Source of the DNA: a virus
Reading direction: 5' to 3' (one strand)
Virus record (IMG/VR): IMGVR_UViG_3300042397_001782
Span: 55,981-119,980 of that record
DNA length: 64,000 nt
In this document: positions 27,838 to 38,838 of the stretch, in pieces
How the letters are laid out: the number at the start of each line of letters is the position of its first letter
Numbering within the stretch: the stretch's first letter is position 1
Translations under genes and position numbers: made by a program
The notes under the pieces: generated by a model
Seen by the model: the letters and a program-made list of their open reading frames with translations, nothing else
What the model was told of the DNA's origin: nothing
The model's database searches: none

Positions 27838-28404
27838 ATGAATTTAAATTTAGAATTTAGTCAACATAGTTGCAAATATATTTATGTTAATAATACTTCA
27901 GAGTATGATTTAACATTAGGTGCAGTTAAAACAACTTATATTAAAGTATTAAATCCAGGTCAAACTGAAACTATACAACTATCAATTCCTTTTGAAGGAC
28001 AACTTACTTTAAATGCTAAAAATTTAGGCCAACAAACTGATTTAAACGCACTTTTACAGGATATATTAGAAGGTTATTATACTATTGAGTTAGTGGTAAC
28101 ACAACAACTAAATAATAGTAGTCCTATAGTAACTAGTAGCGAAACTTTTTGTTATTATAATACTTGTCAATTAGATTGTACTATTGATAAGAAAACCTTG
28201 GAATTTTTACAAAACAAATGTTGTAATGAACAAGATTGTACAGGTAAATTAAGACAAGAAACTAAAGATATTGAAACTTTAAAGTTATATAGAGAAGGAT
28301 TAAAATCTTCTGCAAGTCTATGTAAAAAAGAAACTGCCACGGAAATACACGAATGTCTTCAGTATAAATTAGGAGTATTAAATATTGATTGTGGTTGTAA
28401 ATAA
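27838..28404 (+). CDS. Cys-rich putative structural protein
   Basis: EGYYTIEL...ETFCYYNTCQLDC, similar to the C-terminus of 29073..29939; ends DCGCK. Confidence 0.7.
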   Translation: MNLNLEFSQHSCKYIYVNNTSEYDLTLGAVKTTYIKVLNPGQTETIQLSIPFEGQLTLNAKNLGQQTDLNALLQDILEGYYTIELVVTQQLNNSSPIVTSSETFCYYNTCQLDCTIDKKTLEFLQNKCCNEQDCTGKLRQETKDIETLKLYREGLKSSASLCKKETATEIHECLQYKLGVLNIDCGCK

Positions 28405-28412
28405 CTAAATAT

Positions 28413-29009
28413 ATGACTTTAAGTACTTATAAAGATTTATTGTGTAAATTAGATGCTGAAATTTCAAAGTTAGTGCAATCTTTTTGTAGATCAGAAACTT
28501 ATGGGTATAAGACTTGTAAAGATAAATTACAAAAATTAATTTATACTAAACAACTTTTAAAAAACAATTTTATTAGAATAAAATTAGATAAGAACTTTTA
28601 TTGCTTAGAAGAGACTGAAGATTATACAATTACAAAGACTTTAATTAGAATAATAGGAACTAAAGCTGAAATACTTGTAAAGAAAATAAAAAAAATTATT
28701 AAAACTGATAAAAGTTTTGTGTGGGATTTTCCCCCACTTCCACAACCAAATGGAGTTTGGGTAGGGTCTTTTTTTGTACCAGTGCCTGTCAATACTCTTG
28801 CTGATATAGAAAATGTAAAAATATATTTAGAAAATAAAAAATTATTTTCTTTCTTTGCATTTGCAGTTGATTACAGTAAAAAACAAATACTATCTTCTAA
28901 ATATCTTGAAGAAGAAATAGAGGAATGTATTGAGTATCAAGAAATAGATAAATATTGTCTACAGTGTTTAGATGAATTAAAACTAAAAAGACTGATAGAA
29001 ACTATTTAA
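28413..29009 (+). CDS. Hypothetical protein (198 aa)
   Basis: ORF track. Confidence 0.7.
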   Translation: MTLSTYKDLLCKLDAEISKLVQSFCRSETYGYKTCKDKLQKLIYTKQLLKNNFIRIKLDKNFYCLEETEDYTITKTLIRIIGTKAEILVKKIKKIIKTDKSFVWDFPPLPQPNGVWVGSFFVPVPVNTLADIENVKIYLENKKLFSFFAFAVDYSKKQILSSKYLEEEIEECIEYQEIDKYCLQCLDELKLKRLIETI

Positions 29010-29072
29010 TATTATTAAACATATAAATAACTTTCCAATAGAATTTATTGGATATATAAAAAAAATATAAAA

Positions 29073-29939
29073 ATGTTAACAGTAGAAAACTATAATTGCC
29101 AGTACCTTAAATTAGATTCTCCTACAATTCAAAGATTAAAGGAAAATTTGTTATTAATGCCTTCTGAGTTTACAAAAGTAGAGTTAGAGTATAATATTAA
29201 TTGTGGAGACACCCCTATTAAAAAGGAATTGCAATACACTCATTTTAATTATTGGTCAATAGATTTGTCTCAGAATATTGCTAAAAGTGATGTTTTAGAT
29301 GAAATTATTTTTAAACATATAATAACTGGCCAAGAATTTTCTATAGATAACTTAAATATAGATATGGCTACTGCTACAGTAGGAGATTACTTAACTGCAA
29401 TAACTGATTTGTTGATAAACAATGGATTAAGTACTGTAGGGTTAAGTGTTGTACTTGTGGGCAATGAACTTAGAATAACAGGATTACCTACAGGTATAGT
29501 TCCTATTAGTTTTAATATGTCTACAACTATTGAGATATTTTTATTTAACTTTAATAGCCAAGGAAATTGGTTTTATGGGTTAGATTATTTATACTTACGA
29601 CCAGCATCTTTTAATCTTGTAAACTTTATAGATGGGGTTTATAGAATTAAACTTATATATACATTAGTAGATGGCTCAACTATAGAAGAAACTCAGTGTT
29701 TTTTTGCTGATTGTACTATTAAATGTAAAATAGCCTCATTATTAGAAGATGCCTTAGAAGATGATACATTAAATAAAAACATGTATCTATATTATTTAGC
29801 CCTAACTACTTCTGGAAATTGCGGAGGTTGTAATTGTGCAGAAATGTGTGAATTATACGAAAGAATAGTTGCATATTTAAATAACCCTATTATAATAGAT
29901 AAATTAAATTCTAAATCTTGTTGCAGTGGATGTAATTAA
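29073..29939 (+). CDS. Cys-rich putative structural protein
   Basis: DGVYRIKL...ETQCFFADCTIKC; CGGCNC; ends SCCSGCN. Confidence 0.7.
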   Translation: MLTVENYNCQYLKLDSPTIQRLKENLLLMPSEFTKVELEYNINCGDTPIKKELQYTHFNYWSIDLSQNIAKSDVLDEIIFKHIITGQEFSIDNLNIDMATATVGDYLTAITDLLINNGLSTVGLSVVLVGNELRITGLPTGIVPISFNMSTTIEIFLFNFNSQGNWFYGLDYLYLRPASFNLVNFIDGVYRIKLIYTLVDGSTIEETQCFFADCTIKCKIASLLEDALEDDTLNKNMYLYYLALTTSGNCGGCNCAEMCELYERIVAYLNNPIIIDKLNSKSCCSGCN

Positions 29940-32553
29940 GTGCTCATTACCACAACTGGTAATTAATTTTATTGACCATATTGGACCTGACTCTCAAGAA
30001 TTAGAGTCTGTTATTATACAAAACTATATAAATAGTTTAAATTGTAATACTAAAGAGATAATTTGTGTGTCAAAATACGATACTATATGTGAAGACACTG
30101 TAAATAATTTATGTAAATTATTTATTAACGCTCTTACCATAGAGGCAACTCCTACTGGAATTAAAATAACTCCAGTTATATTTAATAGTTTTGGAACTAT
30201 TACATATAATTGGACTTTTGATCCTACAAAATTTACTTTGCCTAGTGGTAAAACTGTAACAGACCCTGTATTATTTCTTGATTGGATTAATGGAAATATT
30301 GTTTCAGACTTTGAGGTTAGTTTAAAAATAGTAGATGGAAAAGGTTGTAATTTTGAAATACAAAAGGATATAAGTTATTGTGAATCATGTTTAAACCCCA
30401 CTTTATCTATAGAATATGCTCCTTGTTGGGTTTACATAGGTAATGATGATTATTTATTAAAAATAACCCCTGATTTTTCTTGTGTAGGACTTCCTAATTA
30501 CAATAATTACTTAACTAATATTTACATATCTAGTCCTGATATTTCTATAGTAAAAGATACAAATAATGATTGGAATTTAAAAGTAAAAGATATAAATGCT
30601 TTTAAAGCTTTAAATTGTGGAAATGATGGGAAGATATATTTTGGAAAGTCATTTGCCAGAGAAATATATGAATATAACGTAAATACAGGAGATGCTACGT
30701 TTAAACTTACATTTCCTCCTAGTGTAGTTTACAATCACCCTACATTGGGAAGCATTACAGTGCCTTTAAACACAGGAGATGGGGATATAGCAGTAACGGC
30801 AAATAAGATTTTCTTCCTAAATTGGTTTACAGCACCAGACCCTACAGGAACATTTCCTATGAATTATTCATTTGTAGGCAGATATGATATTGATTGGAAT
30901 GCGTTAGTTTTATCTAACTTTACAATGATAGCAGAACCTTCTGGAGCAGACTATGAAGATGGGTTTTATGTTTCTTTAGAAGCAGTAAGCGATGATTTAG
31001 TATTAGTAGATTGGGTTCAAGGAATGCAGCCTGGAGGATTTCTTCCTGCAACAGAATATGAGATTAGAGAATACGATTTCTCAACTTTAACTTATACTTT
31101 ATTTTCAGATATAACTGCTCTTTATGGAGTTGATAGTTGTGTAAATGATATTGCATTTGATGGTACACATGTTTACATGTTACAGGGCAATTTTACTAGT
31201 AATCCTGTATTTATAATAAGAAAATTTAATTATATTACAAAGGCTCTTGTAGCTTCAAGTTCACCCTTATCATTCTCTATAAATGCTGTGAGTCCTCCAG
31301 GAATAGCAGTATTAGATGGAAAGATATATGTTGCCGAAGATTTTGGAAATGTATTAGTGTATGATGCTACTACATTTAATTACTTATACAACAGAGATAT
31401 AACTAACATAAATATCAGAGGAACTGTTCCTCCTGCTGCTCCTCTAGATGCTATTTCTGGAATGGGTCAAATACCTCCTTCACCTTCTGAAAATTTAGAA
31501 ATAAATTATACTGTAGACTATAACGAATGTGGAGTAGTAAAAACTATAGAATTAACTGAAGATTTTCCTTGTGATATACCATTGTGTTGTGAAGATTGCG
31601 AACTAGATTTAAATATTACATTTGCAGACTGCTATATTCCTTATTCAGATGAAGGTATAGTTGGTGGTGCAGTAGAAGTTACTATTACATCTAATGGTTG
31701 TGTAAATGTAAATAATATTGATTTTGAAGGAGCAGTAGTCACTGATAATACATTGGGTACCTCAAATATACTAAAATTTGTAAAAATAAACAATAAGTGG
31801 CATATTCTTTCATCTGAAAGTTCTTGGCCAGTAGGCATGATTAGTGTAATATTTGGGTATACAGTTTGCGGAGTTTCTAAAAATTATTCAGGAACTTTTG
31901 GAAAAAATGACATAAATGAGTGTTGTGCAGATTGTCCAGAAGAAAATGCTTTTACTGTAACAATAGCAGATTGTTATGAGAAAACAGAGGGTATCACCAT
32001 ACTAGCTAACTATACAATAAATTGTCCAGGTTGGACAAACACTAGTAGCGTTGTAGCATCTGTAATAAAAAATGGAGTTCAAATAGGAACAGTGTCTACT
32101 TTTGGTGGTGGATATAGAATAGAATTTTCAACTAATGAAATTTCAGAAATTTGTGACATTGAACTACAATTAACTTCAAACATAGATGATTGTAATGGAG
32201 ACCCAACTTTGTTTTATAGTACATTAACAATCCCTTGTGATATTGCAGAATGCGGACCATGTGTTGATTGTGATGATATTAATGAAGCCGATTATAGTAT
32301 AAATATAAATGATTTATGTTGGTCTGAAACTAATCCTGCATTAAGTAAGTATGAAGCAGTTATTCCAAACGTGTTCACTTGTGCAGGTAAAGTATTAAAA
32401 GTTAGTTCTATAACAGTACTATCATCTACGGGTTGTACTTATACTACCGTAGTTAGAGATGGAATTTGGTACTTAACAGTAGATAAAACCTGTGCGGACA
32501 TTAACCCTAATTCAACTATAAATTTAAGAATCTGTTGGAATGATTGCGACTAA
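29926..32553 (+). CDS. Large Cys-rich beta-rich protein (beta-sandwich segments around a possible beta-propeller)
   Basis: GTG start; DIAVTANKIF, DIAFDGTHVY, GIAVLDGKIY blade-like motifs; CxxC/CCxxC linkers. Confidence 0.7.
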   Translation: MDVIKCSLPQLVINFIDHIGPDSQELESVIIQNYINSLNCNTKEIICVSKYDTICEDTVNNLCKLFINALTIEATPTGIKITPVIFNSFGTITYNWTFDPTKFTLPSGKTVTDPVLFLDWINGNIVSDFEVSLKIVDGKGCNFEIQKDISYCESCLNPTLSIEYAPCWVYIGNDDYLLKITPDFSCVGLPNYNNYLTNIYISSPDISIVKDTNNDWNLKVKDINAFKALNCGNDGKIYFGKSFAREIYEYNVNTGDATFKLTFPPSVVYNHPTLGSITVPLNTGDGDIAVTANKIFFLNWFTAPDPTGTFPMNYSFVGRYDIDWNALVLSNFTMIAEPSGADYEDGFYVSLEAVSDDLVLVDWVQGMQPGGFLPATEYEIREYDFSTLTYTLFSDITALYGVDSCVNDIAFDGTHVYMLQGNFTSNPVFIIRKFNYITKALVASSSPLSFSINAVSPPGIAVLDGKIYVAEDFGNVLVYDATTFNYLYNRDITNINIRGTVPPAAPLDAISGMGQIPPSPSENLEINYTVDYNECGVVKTIELTEDFPCDIPLCCEDCELDLNITFADCYIPYSDEGIVGGAVEVTITSNGCVNVNNIDFEGAVVTDNTLGTSNILKFVKINNKWHILSSESSWPVGMISVIFGYTVCGVSKNYSGTFGKNDINECCADCPEENAFTVTIADCYEKTEGITILANYTINCPGWTNTSSVVASVIKNGVQIGTVSTFGGGYRIEFSTNEISEICDIELQLTSNIDDCNGDPTLFYSTLTIPCDIAECGPCVDCDDINEADYSININDLCWSETNPALSKYEAVIPNVFTCAGKVLKVSSITVLSSTGCTYTTVVRDGIWYLTVDKTCADINPNSTINLRICWNDCD

Positions 32554-32565
32554 AAAATAAAAAAT

Positions 32566-33657
32566 ATGGCAGAAAAATGTATAAATAAGGGTTTAGAAGC
32601 TCTTACAGAATTTGATAAAACTTGTTGTGGGTGTCCTGCAGAAATTACTTCTTATTATCCAAGTGCTGATCCTTATATTTCTTATGAGGTTGGTCCAGAA
32701 GATATGTTAAGTTTTTCTACGACTCAATGGGTAATCCCTATTAAATTTCATTGTGGATGTAATGAAGTTTACAATCCTGGGGGAGGGGCAACTAAAACAG
32801 AATATTATTCTAAAATACATTCTGTAAAAGTTGTAGGAACAAATACTGCTAATGTATCTTTTGTATATTTAAACAACGCTACTTTTTCAAATGCATATCC
32901 CTCTAATTTTGGAGGAAATACTTATAGCCAAACATTAAATGGATGGGCAATGGTTGTAGATAAAGACCCTACAAATGTTTTACAAGCTAAATCTTCTGGA
33001 CTAGGGGGAGTTAATATAGAGGTTCAAAAATGTTCAGATAGTACACCTTTTCCTTTCTCGTTATATACTGAGTATTTTTTTGCAGACAATTTTAGAAGAT
33101 ATAGCAATACGACAGGTTGTAGTAATACAGGTGGAGCAACAAATCAAATTTATTTATGGCAAGGTGCCCAAAATGGTGGAGGTGACACATTTTTAAATGG
33201 AAGCACTGGAACTGGATATGTAGGATGCTACAAAGATTTAACTACATACTTTGCAACACCTGTAGTTTTTTCAGACAGTTGTCTTGTTAGTCAGACAGGT
33301 TCTAATATTAGATGGCAAGCATTAAAGACAATCCAATCTATAACTGTAGTTGGTTCAAATGAGCCTTTAACTTGGGGGTCAAATACTCCAAATAGTGTTT
33401 GGGCTACTTATAATGGTTCCCAAGGATTATGGTATATAAATGTAGATAAAAATCCTGGAGGAACTTATCATACTAAAACAGTGGCTAATCCAACTATTGA
33501 TTCAACAGTTGATTTAGAGATAGTGGTATTGGAAGCCAATACCCCTTGTAAAGTAGACCCAAATGACGCTTTTGATAACTCTATAAAAACAAGTACAATT
33601 ACTGTTACTAATTTGGCTCTAAGTAATTTTAACAATACTACTTTCTGTACTTTTTAA
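32566..33657 (+). CDS. Putative structural protein with two internal repeats
   Basis: KIHSVKVVGTN..GWAMVVDKDP versus KTIQSITVVGSN..LWYINVDKNP; N-terminal CCGC. Confidence 0.65.
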   Translation: MAEKCINKGLEALTEFDKTCCGCPAEITSYYPSADPYISYEVGPEDMLSFSTTQWVIPIKFHCGCNEVYNPGGGATKTEYYSKIHSVKVVGTNTANVSFVYLNNATFSNAYPSNFGGNTYSQTLNGWAMVVDKDPTNVLQAKSSGLGGVNIEVQKCSDSTPFPFSLYTEYFFADNFRRYSNTTGCSNTGGATNQIYLWQGAQNGGGDTFLNGSTGTGYVGCYKDLTTYFATPVVFSDSCLVSQTGSNIRWQALKTIQSITVVGSNEPLTWGSNTPNSVWATYNGSQGLWYINVDKNPGGTYHTKTVANPTIDSTVDLEIVVLEANTPCKVDPNDAFDNSIKTSTITVTNLALSNFNNTTFCTF

Positions 33658-33674
33658 TTAATTAAACAAAAAAT

Positions 33675-34670
33675 ATGTGTGTAGACTGTAACCCTTTAGA
33701 AAGCAATACTGGATTAATTCAATATTCAGGACCAGATTTAGTTATTTGTAATGGGAATACCATTACTAATGGAGAATTACTTACATCTGTAATTGCTAAG
33801 TTTGATAATTGTATTGGAGTAATCCAAAGTCAATTAGATATGTCAAGTTTAGTAGAAAATAGTCCTTGTATTAATTTAACTAAAACTTCTTTATTAACAG
33901 TACTACAAAGTATTTTAGACACTGAGTCTGCTTATTGTACTCAGTTGCAAACATTAAATACTCAATTAACTGCTTTACAAATTCAAGTAGATAATTTAAA
34001 TTTAACAAAGCCTGTTACTGTAACTGCTTGTGACCCCACTAGAGTTACTTTAACTGAAACCCCTAGTTCAAAGACTTTTAACGTAAGTGGATTAGTTCCA
34101 CCAAAAACTATTCTTCCTTATTTTGGATTACTTACAGATTTTTCTCCATCAGGTTTAGGGCTACCTAATACGCCAATGGCGGGATGGGCAATTGCAAATG
34201 GAAATAATGGCACTATAAATGCTTTAAACCGATTTATAAAGTATGGTCCTAGTGCAATTACAACCCCAAGCGGTAGTAATACAGTTCTATTAGATGATAC
34301 CAATATTCCTCCAGTATCTTTTACTACCAATGCTAATTTTACTGTAACAGGTACTACTAATGAGTCAGGAAAACATACTCATAGGATTAGACATGCTTTT
34401 AATGAAGGACCTTTAACAAATTGTCCTGATTGGTTTGAAAATTCTGGTGAAGACCCTTGTTGTGCAAATGGTTCAGGAGTAGATCCTGGAACTGATTGTG
34501 GGGGGTCCCAATATGGAACAATTGGATATTCAGGATTACATTCTCATACATTTACAGGAAGTGCTACAGGGTCATTTACAGGAAGTACTATAAATTCTAG
34601 TGTTCAATCTATAAGTGTTCAACCTGTTCATATACAAGCTATTCCTATTCAATGGGTTGGACAATGCTAA
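33675..34670 (+). CDS. Tail fibre protein with collar-like domain and HxH tip motifs
   Basis: Coiled coil; VPPKTILPY...GWAIANGNNGT collar motif; GKHTH and GLHSH. Confidence 0.7.
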   Translation: MCVDCNPLESNTGLIQYSGPDLVICNGNTITNGELLTSVIAKFDNCIGVIQSQLDMSSLVENSPCINLTKTSLLTVLQSILDTESAYCTQLQTLNTQLTALQIQVDNLNLTKPVTVTACDPTRVTLTETPSSKTFNVSGLVPPKTILPYFGLLTDFSPSGLGLPNTPMAGWAIANGNNGTINALNRFIKYGPSAITTPSGSNTVLLDDTNIPPVSFTTNANFTVTGTTNESGKHTHRIRHAFNEGPLTNCPDWFENSGEDPCCANGSGVDPGTDCGGSQYGTIGYSGLHSHTFTGSATGSFTGSTINSSVQSISVQPVHIQAIPIQWVGQC

Positions 34671-34683
34671 TAATAAATAAATA

Positions 34684-35925
34684 ATGACTAAGCAAAAAAT
34701 TATAGACCTTTTTGGGTATAAAGCAGGAAGAAAGTTATATAACTTACTATATAGTAGTTGTGCTAATTTTTGTTGCATGGTAAAAGACTGTCTTGGAATT
34801 AGTTCTTTAGGAAGTCCAACATTGTATTTAAATCAACAAGGAGAATGGAGTGCTTCAACAGGACCTCAAGGACCCCAGGGTCCGCAGGGACCACAAGGTA
34901 TCCAAGGTATTCAAGGGATTCAAGGTCCAGTAGGTGCAGCATTAACAGTATTAGGTTCTTATCCTGATCTTGCTTCATTTTTAGCAGGACCTGGAGGAAG
35001 TCCAGGAAACCCTGGAGAAGCTTGGATTATAGAATCTGATGGTTCTTTATATGTATGGCATACAATAACTAATACTTGGGATGATGTAGGAGATTTGCAA
35101 GGACCTCAAGGTTTACAAGGTGTTCAAGGGATTCAGGGTATTCAAGGAATACAGGGTTTACAGGGAATACAGGGTGTGCAAGGTCCTCAAGGACTTTCAG
35201 GATTTGAATGGGACCCAACAAGAATAAGTCCAAATCAATATTTAATAGGAGATATTGTAAACTATCTTGGCAATTATTATATTTGTATAGCTAACAATGA
35301 TGCATTAATTCCTCCTTCTTCTTTAGGGGTTTATTGGAACACATATTCATTTGTTGGTCCTCAAGGACCTCAAGGTATTCAAGGGATACAAGGTGTCCCA
35401 GGACCTGTAGGTATGCCAGGATTATTTGCTCAAACTGGTAATAGTACAATAATTTCAGGAACAACAGTAGAAAGTTCTTTAATTAACGGAGGTGTGGGTA
35501 CTTTAAGTGTACCTGCAAATGGATTTCAAGTTGGCGATAGTTTTAGAGCAGTATTTGGAGGGGTTATGAATGCTGCTAATAACCAAACTATAAGAATAAG
35601 AGTAAAAACAAATGGAACTATACTATTAGATAGTGGTGTACAGGCTTTGACAAACTCAATTATAAATGATATTTGGAGTTTAAATATTGATTTTACCATT
35701 AGACAAATAGGCGGTGCAACTGTAGCATCTATAGTTTCACTTGGCTCATTTCATTATATTAAAACTTCTAATGCATCAACTCAAGGCTTTGCATTTAACG
35801 TGGTCAATAATACTACATTTAACACTACAATAAACAATACATTAGATGTAACTGTACAATGGGGTTCCAATAATGCAGGTAATAATATTTATAGTGATAT
35901 ATTTATATTAAATAAAACATATTAA
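34684..35925 (+). CDS. Collagen-like fibre protein (paralog family B)
   Basis: Three Gly-X-Y tracts; N-terminal [21 protein letters not shown] shared with 35939; CBM-like [14 protein letters not shown] segment. Confidence 0.85.
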   Translation: MTKQKIIDLFGYKAGRKLYNLLYSSCANFCCMVKDCLGISSLGSPTLYLNQQGEWSASTGPQGPQGPQGPQGIQGIQGIQGPVGAALTVLGSYPDLASFLAGPGGSPGNPGEAWIIESDGSLYVWHTITNTWDDVGDLQGPQGLQGVQGIQGIQGIQGLQGIQGVQGPQGLSGFEWDPTRISPNQYLIGDIVNYLGNYYICIANNDALIPPSSLGVYWNTYSFVGPQGPQGIQGIQGVPGPVGMPGLFAQTGNSTIISGTTVESSLINGGVGTLSVPANGFQVGDSFRAVFGGVMNAANNQTIRIRVKTNGTILLDSGVQALTNSIINDIWSLNIDFTIRQIGGATVASIVSLGSFHYIKTSNASTQGFAFNVVNNTTFNTTINNTLDVTVQWGSNNAGNNIYSDIFILNKTY

Positions 35926-35938
35926 AAAAGTTAAATAA

Positions 35939-36835
35939 ATGAGCAGATTAAGTAGAGCAGATATTTTAACAATGTTTGGGTACAAAGCAGGTACCAAACT
36001 ATACAATTTATTATACAGCAGTTGTGCTAACTTTTGTTGTATAATTAAAAATTGTTTAGGTATTTCTAGTGGAGGTAATGCAGGTTTAGTTTTAAATCAA
36101 CGGGGAGATTGGGTTACTGCAGGTGGTGGAGGTAGTCAAAACTTATCAAGTGTTTTAGTAGTAGGCAATACATCTGGAGCTAATGATATAGTTTTTGACG
36201 CTACTCAAGGATTATATTTTGCGAATAGCTCACGATTAAGAGAGGGAACTATAGATGCATCACTTGGAGGTGCAAAAGGTATAGCTCAAATTTGTGCGGT
36301 TGGCTATGAATTAAAGTGGGAAGCTGGGAGACTTTATGTAATGGATGGTAATGGTACTGGAATTAGACAATCACTATATAATTTCATAACTGCTCCAACA
36401 GTAAATGATGATGTTACAAAAGGATATGGAATAGGGTCTTTATGGACACTAGATGATAATACTACTTATGTATGTTCTGATGCAAGTACAGGAGCTGCGG
36501 TGTGGGCTAGATTTGTATCTACTCCTAGTGTTCAGTTTTTTGTAAGTTCTGCAACAGTAACGCCTGTATTCGGAAATGACTTAGTAGTTATAACAGCTCA
36601 GGCTGCAGGATTAACACTAGCAAATCCTACAGGAACATGGGTACAAGGTAAAGACTTAGTAATAAGAATAAAAGACAATGGAACTCCAAGGTCAATAGCA
36701 TACGATACAAAATATAGAGCTATAGGAGTAACTTTGCCAATTACAACGGTTGCAAATAAAACTACTTATTTAGGTATTGTTTACAACTCAACAGATGATA
36801 CATTTGATATAATTGGAGTAACTACACAAGCATAA
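35939..36835 (+). CDS. Fibre-like protein (paralog family B)
   Basis: Shared N-terminal Cys domain; APTVNDD..GY.IGSLW and LANPTG..QG..LVIRIKDNG modules. Confidence 0.75.
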   Translation: MSRLSRADILTMFGYKAGTKLYNLLYSSCANFCCIIKNCLGISSGGNAGLVLNQRGDWVTAGGGGSQNLSSVLVVGNTSGANDIVFDATQGLYFANSSRLREGTIDASLGGAKGIAQICAVGYELKWEAGRLYVMDGNGTGIRQSLYNFITAPTVNDDVTKGYGIGSLWTLDDNTTYVCSDASTGAAVWARFVSTPSVQFFVSSATVTPVFGNDLVVITAQAAGLTLANPTGTWVQGKDLVIRIKDNGTPRSIAYDTKYRAIGVTLPITTVANKTTYLGIVYNSTDDTFDIIGVTTQA

Positions 36836-36836
36836 T

Positions 36837-37637
36837 ATGAGCTATCGAACTATAATATCTTTAATGCCAAAACCTTTTTCTATTGATCCAGATGCTCAAG
36901 CTTTTTTAACGGCTGCTAGTATAACAAATGCTACTATTTCAGGAGCTATTAATACTTTAGTAGTTCAAATGAAAACTGATAATATATGGTCTAAAATGAA
37001 AGCTATATATCCTATGGTAGGAGGTACGGCATCTACTCACAAGTTCAATTTAAAAGACCCACGAGATTTAGATGCAGCGTTTAGATTGCAATTTAATGGA
37101 GGATGGACACATTCAGCTAATGGTGCTTTGCCAAATGGAGTAAATGCTTTTGCTAATACATATTATAATCCACGAAATAGTGGTCAATTAAATTCCGCAC
37201 ATTTATCATATTATTCTAGAACAAATTTGGGTACATCAGGACTTCAAGTTGAAATTGGGGCTTTTGATGGCAACTCTCAATGGTTATTATATACTTACGC
37301 TAATAGTAGCACTCAAGGAATTAATGGTAGTTTTGTTAATATACCTTATGGTGCTATAATACCAACAAATGGGTTTTTATTAGGTCAAAGATTAAACAAC
37401 ACTACAATTAATTATTTTCACAAAGGAGTTAAAATACAAACTTTGACCAATAATTCAACTAACACCCCAAATAGTTCAATTTACTTAGCAGCCAGAAATG
37501 ATGGAACACCCGTTTTAGTTTCCTCAAAAGAATGTGCATTTGCATCATTAGGTGATGGATTAACCGACACAGAAGCTGCTAATATGTATACAGCTTTGCA
37601 AACCTTCCAAACCACTTTAAATAGGCAAATAGTTTAA
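36837..37637 (+). CDS. Phage protein with possible lectin/LamG-like C-terminus
   Basis: DPDAQAFL...YPMVGG..HKFNLKDP motif; beta-rich remainder. Confidence 0.7.
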   Translation: MSYRTIISLMPKPFSIDPDAQAFLTAASITNATISGAINTLVVQMKTDNIWSKMKAIYPMVGGTASTHKFNLKDPRDLDAAFRLQFNGGWTHSANGALPNGVNAFANTYYNPRNSGQLNSAHLSYYSRTNLGTSGLQVEIGAFDGNSQWLLYTYANSSTQGINGSFVNIPYGAIIPTNGFLLGQRLNNTTINYFHKGVKIQTLTNNSTNTPNSSIYLAARNDGTPVLVSSKECAFASLGDGLTDTEAANMYTALQTFQTTLNRQIV

Positions 37638-37648
37638 AAATAAATAAC

Positions 37649-37864
37649 ATGATATTAGTAGGGCTTTTAACAGAAACACAAAAAGAACAATTAGTAGGAC
37701 AGTGGTATGAAACAGACAGTTTTTTTAACCCAATACAAGACATTAATGATAATTGGGTTATATCTATTGAGGAGATGCATGATTGCGTAAACCCTGACTT
37801 TATGTGGGTAAAAGACTTAGAGCAGATAGAATACCAACCGAAACCAATTGAGCCTCCTTTTTAA
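37649..37864 (+). CDS. Small phage protein (71 aa)
   Basis: GLLT..QKEQL.GQ...DSFFNPIQD..DNW.IS.EE. Confidence 0.75.
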   Translation: MILVGLLTETQKEQLVGQWYETDSFFNPIQDINDNWVISIEEMHDCVNPDFMWVKDLEQIEYQPKPIEPPF

Positions 37865-37905
37865 TTATTAATTAATAAAATTATATAATTTAAATATAAA
37901 AAATA

Positions 37906-38334
37906 ATGGGAAAATATTTTAATGCTTTTATAATGTCCATAATAACTTTTTTTTCTCCTATAGTAGGATTATTATTAGCTGTCGGAGCTATGATTATTTT
38001 AGACACTGTATTAGGAATTACAAAGGCTATTAAAAATGAAGGATGGGAATCTGTTACTTCAAGAAAAGCAAGTGTTATTATAAGTAAATTTTTACTTTAC
38101 CAATTAACAGTAATAACATTTTTTATAATAGACTATAACTTAATAAATGAGTTTACAAAAGTACATTATCAAAACAATTATTTATTAACTAAATTTATAA
38201 CACTCTCTTTATGTTTTGTTGAAGCAAAAAGTATAGATGAAAATATTAAATCTATATTTGGATTTTCTATTTGGACAACCCTAAAAGAAGTTTTAATGAG
38301 AACACAAGAAATAAAAAAAACTATAAAAAAATAA
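37906..38334 (+). CDS. Holin
   Basis: Three TM segments; ILDTVLGI and EAKSIDEN motifs; precedes an endolysin. Confidence 0.75.
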   Translation: MGKYFNAFIMSIITFFSPIVGLLLAVGAMIILDTVLGITKAIKNEGWESVTSRKASVIISKFLLYQLTVITFFIIDYNLINEFTKVHYQNNYLLTKFITLSLCFVEAKSIDENIKSIFGFSIWTTLKEVLMRTQEIKKTIKK

Positions 38335-38338
38335 AATT

Positions 38339-38806
38339 ATGAAATTATCAAAACATTTAGATCTAGCGGAAGTTACAAGATCAGAAACTGCAAAAAGAAA
38401 TGGAGTTAGCAACATACCTACTCCTGAGCATATTGAAAACTTTAAATTATTGGCTGAAAAAATATTCGAGCCTATTAGAGAGCATTTTAATGTTCCTATT
38501 TTTATATCTAGTGGATATAGAAGCAAAGCTTTAAACCAAGCTATTGGTGGGAGTTTAACCTCACAACATTGCCAAGGTGAAGCAATTGATATTGATATGG
38601 ATGGTAGCTCAAGCGGAGTTACTAATGCTCAAGTATTCCAATTCATTAAAGACAACTTGAATTTTGACCAAATGATTTGGGAATTTGGAACAGATAAAAA
38701 TCCTGATTGGGTTCATGTTTCTTATGAATCAACTGGTAAACAAAGAAAACAAATACTTAAAGCCATAAAAGTTAACGGTAAAACAAGTTATGTTCCTTAT
38801 AAATAA
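38339..38806 (+). CDS. Peptidase M15A-type endolysin
   Basis: ISSGYRS..LN.AIGG...SQHCQGEAID and WVHVSY Zn-binding motifs. Confidence 0.9.
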   Translation: MKLSKHLDLAEVTRSETAKRNGVSNIPTPEHIENFKLLAEKIFEPIREHFNVPIFISSGYRSKALNQAIGGSLTSQHCQGEAIDIDMDGSSSGVTNAQVFQFIKDNLNFDQMIWEFGTDKNPDWVHVSYESTGKQRKQILKAIKVNGKTSYVPYK

Positions 38807-38838
38807 ATTAAAACTACAAAAACTTAAAAAATAAAACT

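Noticed and set aside
21722-37864. Diversity-generating retroelement acting on fibre genes
   Set aside because: No reverse transcriptase and no template/variable repeat pair differing only at adenines in this window
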